Source: Tubiluchus corallicola (lineage: Eukaryota > Animalia > Priapulida). Taken from it: a stretch of DNA of 64,000 bases. Position numbers and translations under genes: made by a program. Every line of letters begins with the position of its first letter. The first letter of the stretch is position 1. This document shows, one piece after another, positions 35,632-47,200 of the stretch. The stretch covers positions 84,885 through 148,884 of the forward strand of contig JAQGDQ010000211.1 of NCBI GenBank assembly GCA_030141605.1, in the 5' to 3' direction. The notes under the pieces were generated by a model that was given only the letters and a program-made list of their open reading frames with translations, made no database searches and was not told the origin of the DNA.

Positions 35632-37442
35632 TTACAAGTAGTATATCTTCTCTTGACCTACAGCTGGATATCCGAGTCTTCCATGCACTGCGTATGTGCG
35701 CATTACACCATGCATTTGTCCATGTCCTCCTAGCCCACCAAATCCGTAGCCGGGACCGCCAAATCCGACACCGCCAAATCCGTAGCCGGGTCCGCCAAAT
35801 CCATAGCCGGGTCCGCCGCCAAATCCATAGCCGGGTCCGCCGCCAAATCCATAGCCGGGTCCGCCGCCAAATCCATAGCCGGGTCCGCCGCCAAATCCAT
35901 AGCCGGGTCCGCCGCCAAATCCATAGCCGGGTCCGCCGCCAAATCCATAGCCGGGTCCGCCGCCAAATCCATAGCCGGGTCCGCCGCCAAATCCATAGCC
36001 GGGTCCACCAAATCCGTAACCAGGTCCCGCCCCACCATATCCGTAACCAGGTCCACCAAATCCATAGCCAGATCTGGGAAATCCATAACCAGTTGTACCA
36101 TATCCATAACTTGGTCCAGCTCCGTAACCATATTGACCATTCCCATATCCACCATATTCTGAAGATCCTGGATAGCCTATTCCCAATGCTCTGACTCTGA
36201 AATATCTGGTTCCAGCATAACGCATACCTCTCGGATGATAACTGTACGAGTCATAGTCATCATCGTCATCGTCATAACCATGCCTTCTGTAACCATACGA
36301 TGTTGTATAATCATCGTAGGGATACCTGCCATATGAATCGTAGTCATTGTCACCATAACTTGTGCCATAACCGTACGAGTCATAGTCGTTATCATCGTAA
36401 GATCGTCGACCATAACCACCTGAACTGTAGTCGTAGTCAGGGCTTCTTCCATAACCATTCGAATCATAGTCATAAGCTTGTCGACCATAACCACCATAGC
36501 GACTATAGTCTGGATAGTACCCGTAATCATTTTCATCATCGTTGTCGTAAGAACGACGGCCATAGCCATATGAACTATAATCGTTGTCATAACCAGGATA
36601 ATTGTCGTAGTAGTCATTACTGTTGTCGTCGTCGTCGTCGTACCTCCTGGAGCCTAGAAGTCTATTGTAAACATTTCTCGCATAACCTCTGACTCTGCGC
36701 CCATAGGGCCCGTAATTTCGATAATACCCATTGCCATAATAATCATCATTTGAACCGTAATGGGAATTGTCATTGCCGTAGCCGTCGTCACCTCCATAAC
36801 CAGCATTGTCGCCATACCCATTGTCGTAGTATTCGCTGCCATAATATCCGTTGTTATCGCTGTATCTGTTGCCACGGCCGTAGTATCCATCATTGTCGTA
36901 GTATCGTTGCCTATTGCCATAATAGTCATTGCCGTAGTAGCCACCGTCGTTGTCATAGTAGGATGAAGATTTAGCACTGCCAACCTGTTAATTGCAGTGA
37001 ATTATAAATTTGTCAACACAACAGTGTAAATGACGTTGTGGTGAGGTAATAAAATGCCACAAACAGATATTAAAAATAAATATCATTATATCGTCTTTCT
37101 TTTGCCTGTAAAAATCATTAAATTCGAAAACACTGAAGTTGTAAGACGTTTATATTATTGCTTCAGTAAGTGGTACCAGATTGTATTGCTTACCAAAAGA
37201 TGTCGCCACCAGATATTGTTTCGTATTTCTTGTCAATAGATTGTGCCGCGTTATGCAAAATATACTATTTACGCTGATGGCGCCATCTGCTAAAATTTGC
37301 GTTGAACTAACAGAAATTAATGGGTGTTTTAAAGCAAATTATAATTTTAATAATTATAATGAATCTTTGGAGGAAAATAATTGGTACTCACCAAAGTTAG
37401 CAGACCAGCTAGTGCTAATAGGAAACGGTAAGTCTTTGCCAT
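35632..37442 (-). CDS. Secreted Asp/Tyr/Gly-rich block protein with (GFGGGPGY)n repeats, 467 aa (coding exons 37442-37392 and 36984-35632)
   Basis: Exon MAKTYRFLLALAGLLTL (phase-0 GTGAGT donor) joins a CAG acceptor at 36984. The frame is open for 450 codons: VGSAKSSSYYDNDGGYYGNDYY...YDDDDDNSNDYYDNY...GYDDDDDDYDSY, continuing into the listed ORF 35632-36225 and ending EKIYYL. The ORF track reports only the last 197 aa. Confidence 0.88.
35750..36070 (-). repeat. Coding 24-bp tandem repeat (GFGGGPGY), 8 perfect copies plus 21-bp variants
   Basis: Direct repeats of ccatagccgggtccgccgccaaat. Confidence 0.95.
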
Positions 37443-38970
37443 GATGACACTGAATGAAAAAACTGATCCTGAAATCAATAATATAAGTAATCAATATTAA
37501 ATAGGTCGATTAATTGATTGACAAAAATGAAAATCAGTTCTAGTGAAACGCATTGAGTGTCAACACAAACTTTTAAGAAAGCATGTTCTTCATTAATTTT
37601 GTAAAACAGAATTTACTAAAAAGATAAGCACACTTAATAAATATGACCACAAGTTTCCGTTAAATGATATTACTTGCCCGAAGCCACAGAGATGGAATCA
37701 ATCAGACGTACATCAGACAGCAAGATGATACAGCTTTTATGCCATTTATTGCTTAGGCTCTAGCCATTATAAAACAGGGGAAGGTTTCATCAATTTTCTT
37801 GCGTCCTGCAATTCGACTTTGCAAAGAATCACGGTAAATTTTGGCGACCAAACCTCTAAACGGGTATACAGGTACAGCTCGGGGTGCGACATCCGAGCAC
37901 GTGCGATTTAGTGAATAAGGGAAGCCAAAAATCACGGCCGAGACGGAAGCCAGGTTTGATCAACTGCGAAGTTGTTTATATGTTCCAGTAAGTCCTTGGC
38001 CAGTGCGTTGTTTTTCTTTACCTTTAATGTAGAATGAACATGCTACGTAATATTTAGGCAAATTCACCTGAAAAGGAAACAGTTTCGCTGATGTATTGAG
38101 ACATTCATTACAGTCAAACAACGAAAAATTCTGAAATGACGTTGCTATAGAAACAGACAGAACGCCCGCCGAGTACGTTTCGCTAGACTCCCTGACTGTA
38201 CGGACGAATTTTTGAAGAATTTACATGATTTAACTCACGAGACGAACGAAAAACACACAATTACAAATTAAAGTACACGTCGGTGCTCGAAATCGTGCAG
38301 AATTCTGTCGACGATGATTATAAAAAAATCTACTATCAGCTTGTGGTTGTAAGACACGTTCTACTGTAGTACAGTACAAAATTATTTAATGATTCTAGTC
38401 TACGATCATCGTGACTGTAAGATGACGTCAGTTCCGTTTCCTCAATCACGAAAATCTCTCTGTGATTAAATTACGCTCTAATTAAATTACCCCGTGACTT
38501 TTTGTTAGTCCAATAAACGCAGGAAAACAAAACCTAAATGAGGAGGTCAGAAAATTTTCCCGTAGTGGGACTCGAACCTACGACCTTCTGCATTCAGAGG
38601 AGCTATGCTAATGTGCTTATACAAAGAAATGCAGGCTTGTGCACGTATATATGTAACCAATAAATTATTCACTACTTCAGTACGTTCAACAGCAGATAGA
38701 AAAACAAACCAGTTATGGAAAAATTGTTATGAGTTCTGTTTACCTAACTAAATAATGTGGCTTCTTGGTCCAAGTTGAGGAGTGTTTGAATATCTCCATT
38801 AGAATGTGAATATAAATATCTTCTTTTAGCATAAAAACTTGTGGATCTATGAGATAATGTAGGAACACCAATCTCAAATTGGAAAACATTGATGACAACA
38901 AACTTTTGCATCTGACTCAACCGTTAAAGATGTTCAAAATTCCCCTTTAAGCAGAGCGTCGTCTTATAAC

Positions 38971-39386
38971 TAGGGGTGAGCATTCTCTACCAGAAAGCGA
39001 ATTCGAATATAACCGAATTTGTGACTTTTGAATTCGAATCGAACCGAACTTCGGTGTTTCGAATTCGAATTGAGATCGAAAGATTTTCGAACCACCAGCA
39101 AAATTAGTCTTACAAATATCATGCATGTCACTAGATTTTGTTCTGCAATAAAACGACTAGTAATTTCTCTAAAATTGTGTGCAGAAATCACAGCTAAATT
39201 ATGCTAATTTCATGATGTTTCAATCGTTTTAGTGATAAAGAACATGTGTGATTGAAGTGCTGAATTATTCGAATCTATAGTTTTGGATTCGAATCGAGTT
39301 CGAACTAAAAAAACTCGTTCAAATCGAATTTGAGCGTTCGAATTCGATTCGAACGTTCGAACTCGAACGTTCGATGCTCACCCCTA
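38971..39386. mobile_element. hAT-like MITE rich in TTCGAA motifs
   Basis: TIR TAGGGGTGAGCAT/ATGCTCACCCCTA, 8-bp TSD CTTATAAC/CTTATAAG, many subterminal TTCGAA repeats. Confidence 0.8.
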
Positions 39387-40539
39387 CTTATAAGTCGTTC
39401 CAGGATGGCCGCCAACTGTCGTTGTAACGCTCGTTTCTCCGACAACATTTGAAGAAGCCGCAGAGTTTCGTGATTTTTGAGTTTTGAAATTGGGTGAACT
39501 TGTTCCTTCACCAAAGAGTCTTGATTTTTCAGTAGCGAATTTGTTATTTTGTTAACTTATCGTAATTGCCTGGCACTGCTAAATTCTGCAGATCTAAAAT
39601 TTTTCTACCATAAACAATTTTGTTTTTGGTAGGGGTGTCAAACCTGAGTTCCATCCCGCCCACCACAAGCTCCAGAGCTCCGCCACTGAATGCAACCGAA
39701 CGGCATTTTCAAAACCTTTTGACGTCATCGTGACGTAATTGCGATATCATCGCTTTACCGAACTGCCGGACTGTACGTGCTCACCTAGTGATTTCTGGTA
39801 CTGACGACATAATAACGCATTTATACAGGTTTTCAATTTCAATTCAATTCAGTTTTATTTGCACAAATACATACAATGTACATTGGCAAAGCAATATATT
39901 ACGTACGCCGGTTAAATACTACACAAACCGAAAAAAATGCAATAGGCTGTATGGAAGGTTATTTTTATAGAAAAATATTAAGATATGGTATTATGATAAA
40001 AAAATTACAGTTACATAAAAATTGTATAATTTAGCAATGAAAAAAGAAAAATGCCTTAAATGTAGTAGATATCTGTACCAGCTTTATAAATGAAAGATTA
40101 CAAAAATAACAACAATGAGAGTTGAAAATAATTGTGGTTAGAACCTACTGCCAAAGTGTTGATTTCTTTTTCCCCTGGAATCGGAGTTGTTGCCAAATGT
40201 TTCTTGCATTGACGTCATAGATGTAAAGAGTGTAACCAGAAAGCCTACAAAAAACAAAGAAACGGCATTAAAAACAATTAACACTTGTACATTATGCAAT
40301 ACAAAATTATAAATAGATATTAAAAAGCCTCATTTCTTGAGTAGTTGAGTTAACATTGAAAAGCTCCCAACAAGGTGTAGCCAGTGTTAACTTTTTGTTT
40401 TTCTTATTTGGAAGTTTTTACATATATATTCTCCAAAATGAATTATAGCTTCTTGAACACTACTGTTAAACAGCCACATGAGAGAGGTAGTATTTCTAGA
40501 GAAAAAAATTAGACTATGAATTTTATTTTCCTAATTTGT

Positions 40540-41100
40540 TCTATTTTCAGCAAAAAGTGGGCAGTCATAAAAAAGTGCCTTTTACCTTCTATTTAATGTT
40601 TTTCAGGTGAGGAGTTTGCACACTAATCGCATATTCGTTCTTGTTCTGGTGTTTTAGTGTAACAAGCACGTCGATTTCTGAATCATGATAACTCACTCGG
40701 AGTTTAGTGATAGCTTGTCTATGTTCTTTGTCCTTAGGTAAATCTATGTCCTCTATGTAAATAATATTTAGGTAAGGCTCCATGTTGTATTTGCATTTTA
40801 ACCATCTGTAAGATCTGAGCTTGTTACGGCCTCCCTTTCTCCTATCATCATTATAAATTTTGCTAAAAAATAGATTTTTATATCCCGCTTTAGTTTACTT
40901 TTATATATTAGTATATTAGTTTGCTCTTACTAGTATATGAGTTTACTCTTTTACTAAAACTATGAAATCTACCACGACTCTTCAAAGCATCGTTATAGAA
41001 AAGTGTGTCTATTATGTTTAGCTTCACCAAGCCTGAAAAAAACTCGACTTTAATTTAAAATGATACTTGATTCACAGAAAAATTAACGTGTAAACAAGTA
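40540..41100 (-). mobile_element. LINE ORF2 C-terminal remnant with a degenerate CCHC knuckle
   Basis: NKLRSY...K..Y.MEPYL....RQAITKLRVS.H...I...RIC..C......HF..DCP pattern, with frameshifts. Confidence 0.6.
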
Positions 41101-42482
41101 GGTGTGTTACAACTAGATTCCCAATACATTGCTTTCATTATTTTATTTTATTAGGATAAAAGTTGGCATGCTTCAAAAGATTGGGTATTAGCAGTTTCTG
41201 TGAGATAAGTGCTAAAGATGCATAAATTATCTTTACTAGTATGTAGCTACAATAAGACTGTCACTTACAAAAGATATAAAGAAAATATTGATGAACTTCT
41301 TAAAGTAAAATGTGTTGTAAATAGAAATATTAAGTCCCCACCATCCTCATGCGGTGTATTATCTCATTGTATTACACGCATGTTGAACGATTTTCAAAGC
41401 CACAATTCTAGCTGATCATTGGCCAGATCATCCAAAAAATTTCGTTAGCAGAGTTTTCCTGTAAGTAATTCTCTCTGTGTTCTCTGCTCCCTCAAGGTCT
41501 TTTGGAGCTAGTTTGCCCCAGCTGCATCGTGTAGTACTTTCTTTGCACAGCTATCAAGACAGCATAGGCATTTAGATACCTTTAGTTATTTATTTATCTT
41601 TGTTAAGAGAAGAAAGGGAAGAACGGAAGGAGAAGAAACAAGCTGAAGCATCCCGTGATGTAAAATTGTATCATGGACGCATGGGTTAGATTATAGTCCA
41701 GGCATGTAAGCAGCTGTTGTTATAAATTTTGGTGATTTTGTTTTACGGAGATCAGACTAACGACGTTTTAATGCTCAAATGCCAAGTATAGATATAGCTC
41801 AAAGCCATACTGTGACTCAGCAGCCAGAGAAGAGTGAGACAAGTCGACAGTGGTCATTAAGCGTGGGAAATAAAACCAACCCGAGTGAATTATATTGCGC
41901 CCTACAACAAAGTACTTTACTAAGGGTTTTTCATATTGTGTCACTTGTGTATTAAAAACAGAGCAGCGAGCGGTTTGTGAATTCTGTAAACTGTAGTGTG
42001 AAAAAGTGGCGTTTTTATTAAAAATTTAATTGTTTGTTTTGCTTTAAAGTGAAGTTGCAGTAATGTATCATTATAAGGTAAAAATTGAGGGTTTTTGATA
42101 AATTTCTGTTTATTAACCCGAAGACTTCGCATACCGTCATCATCATCATTTCTTCATACTACTTGGGCAGTGTTTGAGTGCAAACGATGTATATTTAATG
42201 TTTATGTTGTCGTGTTGCAGTGTTGGTACGAGTGTTTGAGTTTCTTAATTTGTAACTTTCACTGATTATTAGTATTACAGACTAATCATTTCTTACTGGT
42301 GAGGTGGTAGTAATGGTCGTGTTTGAACACAGACACGTTTTTGAACATTTGTTTAGTTCGTGTCTACGTCAGAGCTTGTTTGTACAAATAGTTATTTAGT
42401 ATAGCTTTTGTCAATAGTTGTGAAAATTTTGCCAGATATTCATTTGTTAGCTATGCTTGCAGGCTGGCTAGTGTGGTGATTG

Positions 42483-43162
42483 GGCGCCATTACACTTTCG
42501 CACCGCCTAGTTTTTTCTAGGTTATTACTCGTTTCTAGGCTCGTAGGTCATTATTCTATTATTCTCACGTCATCAGTGAATGTTTCCGCTAATCTCGTGG
42601 TAATTTAATCATATATTTAGGTATAATTATCAATAATTACGTTGTATTCACAGTTCTACACCTATACAGTTCGTATCGCCATCTTGTTTGTGTGTGTAGT
42701 CACGTGACGAATTTCGTACTAGTTTATGCATTATCAGGGCCTAGCTTAAAAGGCTACCTGACACACTTTCATCTTAATTGCATTTACGAAATAAAGAAAA
42801 AACCTTTACTTTTGTAATCTAATATGTGGGAACACTGTAATACGATACAAACTCCAGTGGCACAACCATAATAATCATAAATTATGCAAAGAAATTAAAA
42901 ATACAGGTTAAGGGCCACATACGTCACTGCGCGAGAGCCATTGCGCATTAGTGGTGTAAACACAGTTATTCACGTGGAGCTTTTTGCGTGATGGTGACGG
43001 TAAGTAATGTATGATTTTAATCTGGAATTGCAAGGTCTAAAAACCAATAATATTATGGGAATATGGTGTATATTACGCCTGTTGGTCTGCTTTCTGGCCT
43101 GCAGGCGTGAAAACAACCAATAGGCCAGAAAAAACTAGGCGGTGCGAAAGTGTAATAGCGCC
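42483..43162. mobile_element. Non-autonomous DNA transposon with ~40-bp TIRs and 9-bp TSD (Mutator/MULE-like MITE)
   Basis: The left end GGCGCCATTACACTTTCGCACCGCCTAGTTTTTTCT matches the reverse complement of the right end (AGAAAAAAACTAGGCGGTGCGAAAGTGTAATAGCGCC). Perfect TSD TGGTGATTG at 42474-42482 and 43163-43171. Confidence 0.85.
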
Positions 43163-43233
43163 TGGTGATTGTATTGCTATAGTTCTATGTGGGTTGTCTA
43201 AAACGGTGAACTAAAATGCCTTTGCACTTGCAG

Positions 43234-44230
43234 GATGGTAATTCGAAAGAACCGATGGCAAATGCAAATAAAATCAATGCCAGTAATGCTGATCTCTTGG
43301 CTGAGATGGACAGGTTAGTATTTTGATTTACGAGTCTATTTTACATTAGTTTTCTAAATAAAGTAACTTTTGATAACAATGGGAATCAAACCAGTGTCTA
43401 CATTAGCGATGCTTAATTTCTGAGGATAGCAATTGGAACAAGATGTTAGAACTCTGAAAATGCTTTTGCGTTTTTCTAGTTATCATAAATAGTTTACGTA
43501 AATTCATTTGTTATTATTATTGTTGTTGTTATTATTATTATTATTATTATTATTTGTTTATTAAAGCTTTAATAGAATACATATTAATTTATTTTGCCTT
43601 AATTACAATACAAATAATAAATAATATAGCAGCTAAAAGAGACGTTTGAGCGAAACAGTAAATTGTCGAAGGCAGTGGAATTTTGTACAGGTCTCTTTAA
43701 AAAAAGCAGCTTCATATGTTCTATTCTGGTGGATTCCTTATTAGCTAAAACATTTTCTGGTGGAAAATTCTGTGAAGCAATCAGTAAGAAGCCTTTTCAT
43801 AGTTTCTTTGTGAGCACACTCAATTGCTGCAGGTCAAAGGTCAAGTGTGCCAGAGCAAAGCGTCTTAGCTACAACCGTCATGTGACCTTATGCATGCCAC
43901 GTGTCTGACTCAGTGAAAAGGTGGAAACACGCGGTTAGTTCGCGTCGTACGTTATCATTCTGCAGAGTTTTGTAACTTATTGTGGCGTCATTTATTTGCT
44001 TAAGCACAAGAAAAAATGAAATAGGTAAGGTTCTGTAGTTAGCATTTGTTTCTTTTAATTACTTTTACAACAGCATGGGCTGCGAGGCATTGTCAAGTGT
44101 ACACAAATGCTTCATCTGGTACACTTAACCTTTGACCTGTTCACGATCATCATCAATCACTGGAACTATGAAATGGCTTATTGGTATGCAACAATGAGGC
44201 TTGAGATTTTAATGCTGTAATCGCTTAAGA

Positions 44231-44267
<37 letters not shown>

Positions 44268-47200
44268 TTTCTAGTAGACAATTCCATAGATAAGAGATCC
44301 ATTGGAAAAAAACTGCATTTATAAGTAGCTATTAAAATGTATGTTTTTCATCACGTTTTGCAATTCAAGGAGATAATATTCTCATTCGGATAAAGTTTTA
44401 CATAATTAAACGAGATTTTATCATTTTTTATCACATGGTTTTGATCTTGTAATGTCAATGAATTTTAAACTTCGAGGTTGTGAAAGTCATTTTGATTTTG
44501 TTGTTCACTCACTTTGTTATAATTGAGTTTAGGCACAGAAGTATGAATAGGAATAAAAAAATCTATAATACATATTTGCACTGCACACAACAGAAAAGTG
44601 TTTACTAAACCTACAGAAACATGAGTAGCACAACTGCTGCACTGAACACTGAGAGTGAGAGTGACTAGAAAGCAAAAACAGTCAGTATATACAGGTATAG
44701 GACTTGACCTATGCAGACTTGCACAGGCTTCACAACAACCATTACTTTTAAATAGAAAGAGGACTAGTGTGTATGCATTCACTGGACCATATAATTATAC
44801 TGAGGGTAAGTCAGCTGGTAGAATGTAACAGGATTAGCCCATAGATGGCAGCACCTAATTACACTGTACAATTCCCACTTCCACAGAGGTATTCTTTTTC
44901 AATGCTTCATCCACTGTTTGGTTATTAGGTTTGAGCAGGAGATATCGGCGCCTGATAAGATGCCTCTTCCAGCAGGAGTCATGGCACAATTGCCTCTCGA
45001 GCCTCCACCGCCTCCACCGGAACCTCCACGGATGATTATAGGAGCTTCAACTTTCGGGAATGTACGTTTGTGTTTCATTTTCACATACAGTCAACCTCAG
45101 GTATAAGGGACCACCAACACCGGTCCCGATTTTTCGTAACGTTTTTCCTTATAAAAATCTTCGTATATAAGGTACTCAGATATAAGGGACTTTCAGTTGT
45201 AAGAGACGATATCTTCAAGTCCAGGGTAATAGAAACCCAGGTAAATTACCTTGCATAAAAGGGGCCCTATGATCAAAGCGAAATTGGTCGATTTTTAACC
45301 TCAATTTTTCGCAAACGGCCTTCAAACAGCTCGGTTTCAGCGGTCACATACATCTCGCGTCACCGAAGAAGCTTCCTACATACCGTTTGCACTGAATGTG
45401 TAGCAATAATCATTAAAAATATGGGTAAAAGTACAGAAAAGTGCAGGTCTAGATACACCCTCGGTCTGACTCAACTTCGGCTATAAGGGACATCGGATAT
45501 AAGGGACGATTTTTTCCGGTCCGGAGGTGTCCCTTATATCCGAGGTTGACTGTAGAAGGTTTATTTATAGTTTAGCTCCCTGCTGACCAGTATGCAGCAC
45601 TTTATGGCAGCATTTCTTAATGTTCGTGATAGGAGCAGAACCTATTTCATTATCATGGACAGTTCTGTAAGATAAGACACTGCATCGGTTCATGTGTCTT
45701 TTCACATCCGTCAATGAAGTAATAAGAAAAACATTAAGTATTAACAAATTTGTTGTTACCCTTAAATATGTGTATACTATGTACATGTTATGTAGTAAGT
45801 ATATGCTACATACATGAAACATGACGCTATGAAACATATTGAAACTGGTAGAAATCTAGCATGTTATCATATGTGGCTGTTTTGGCTTTGTATTACTCTA
45901 TCTCATTAAAGCTAAAACTTTTATATAGTGTATATAAAAGTAATCTGGAAGCTTTACAAATTACCCAGAACAAAATTCTCAACTAATATATCATGTAAGG
46001 TATGACCATCCCACAAATATAATTTATTTGTCTGTTAAAACTCTTAAAGTGAAAGAAATATATGACATGTATTGTCTTCATTTCATGTATCAGTATCATA
46101 ATTCACTACTTCCACCAGCTTTTCAGTCATACTTTAGTCCAGTTTCAAATCAACATGATCATTACACAAGATATTCAGTCGAAAACTATGTNNNNNNNNN
46201 NNNNNNNNNNNNNNNNNNNNNNNNNNNNNNNNNNNNNNNNNNNNNNNNNNNNNNNNNNNNNNNNNNNNNNNNNNNNNNNNNNNNNNNNNNNNNNNNNNNN
46301 NNNNNNNNNNNNNNNNNNNNNNNNNNNNNNNNNNNNNNNNNNNNNNNNNNNNNNNNNNNNNNNNNNNNNNNNNNNNNNNNNNNNNNNNNNNNNNNNNNNN
46401 NNNNNNNNNNNNNNNNNNNNNNNNNNNNNNNNNNNNNNNNNNNNNNNNNNNNNNNNNNNNNNNNNNNNNNNNNNNNNNNNNNNNNNNNNNNNNNNNNNNN
46501 NNNNNNNNNNNNNNNNNNNNNNNNNNNNNNNNNNNNNNNNNNNNNNNNNNNNNNNNNNNNNNNNNNNNNNNNNNNNNNNNNNNNNNNNNNNNNNNNNNNN
46601 NNNNNNNNNNNNNNNNNNNNNNNNNNNNNNNNNNNNNNNNNNNNNNNNNNNNNNNNNNNNNNNNNNNNNNNNNNNNNNNNNNNNNNNNNNNNNNNNNNNN
46701 NNNNNNNNNNNNNNNNNNNNNNNNNNNNNNNNNNNNNNNNNNNNNNNNNNNNNNNNNNNNNNNNNNNNNNNNNNNNNNNNNNNNNNNNNNNNNNNNNNNN
46801 NNNNNNNNNNNNNNNNNNNNNNNNNNNNNNNNNNNNNNNNNNNNNNNNNNNNNNNNNNNNNNNNNNNNNNNNNNNNNNNNNNNNNNNNNNNNNNNNNNNN
46901 NNNNNNNNNNNNNNNNNNNNNNNNNNNNNNNNNNNNNNNNNNATTATAGGCAATATTACGTAACGATGTACTTCGTTCAGTTACGTATTGCTCGGTGTTG
47001 TGTGGAACAGTTTACCGTGTCGGAGATTGTTCATGCTAACGACTTACGTTCTTTTTTCACTTAAACTACTTACATTTCATTTTAATTCTTTTTGTAAATT
47101 AAATTTAATAGAAATAACTAATTAATGTGAGCCATTCATGCCTGGTGATTTTCTCCCTTCCTAAAGTATTAGTTAATCATATTTATTTGCAAGATTTTAT

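Noticed and set aside
35694-36983. Alternative-frame ORFs (QIHSRVRR, DPAMDLAA, Met/Thr-rich)
   Set aside because: Shadows of the Gly/Tyr/Asp-rich CDS; only one frame is continuous and joined to a signal peptide.
46028-46963. Long ORFs of 255-311 aa
   Set aside because: Artefacts of translating the N gap; the real part is a LINE remnant.
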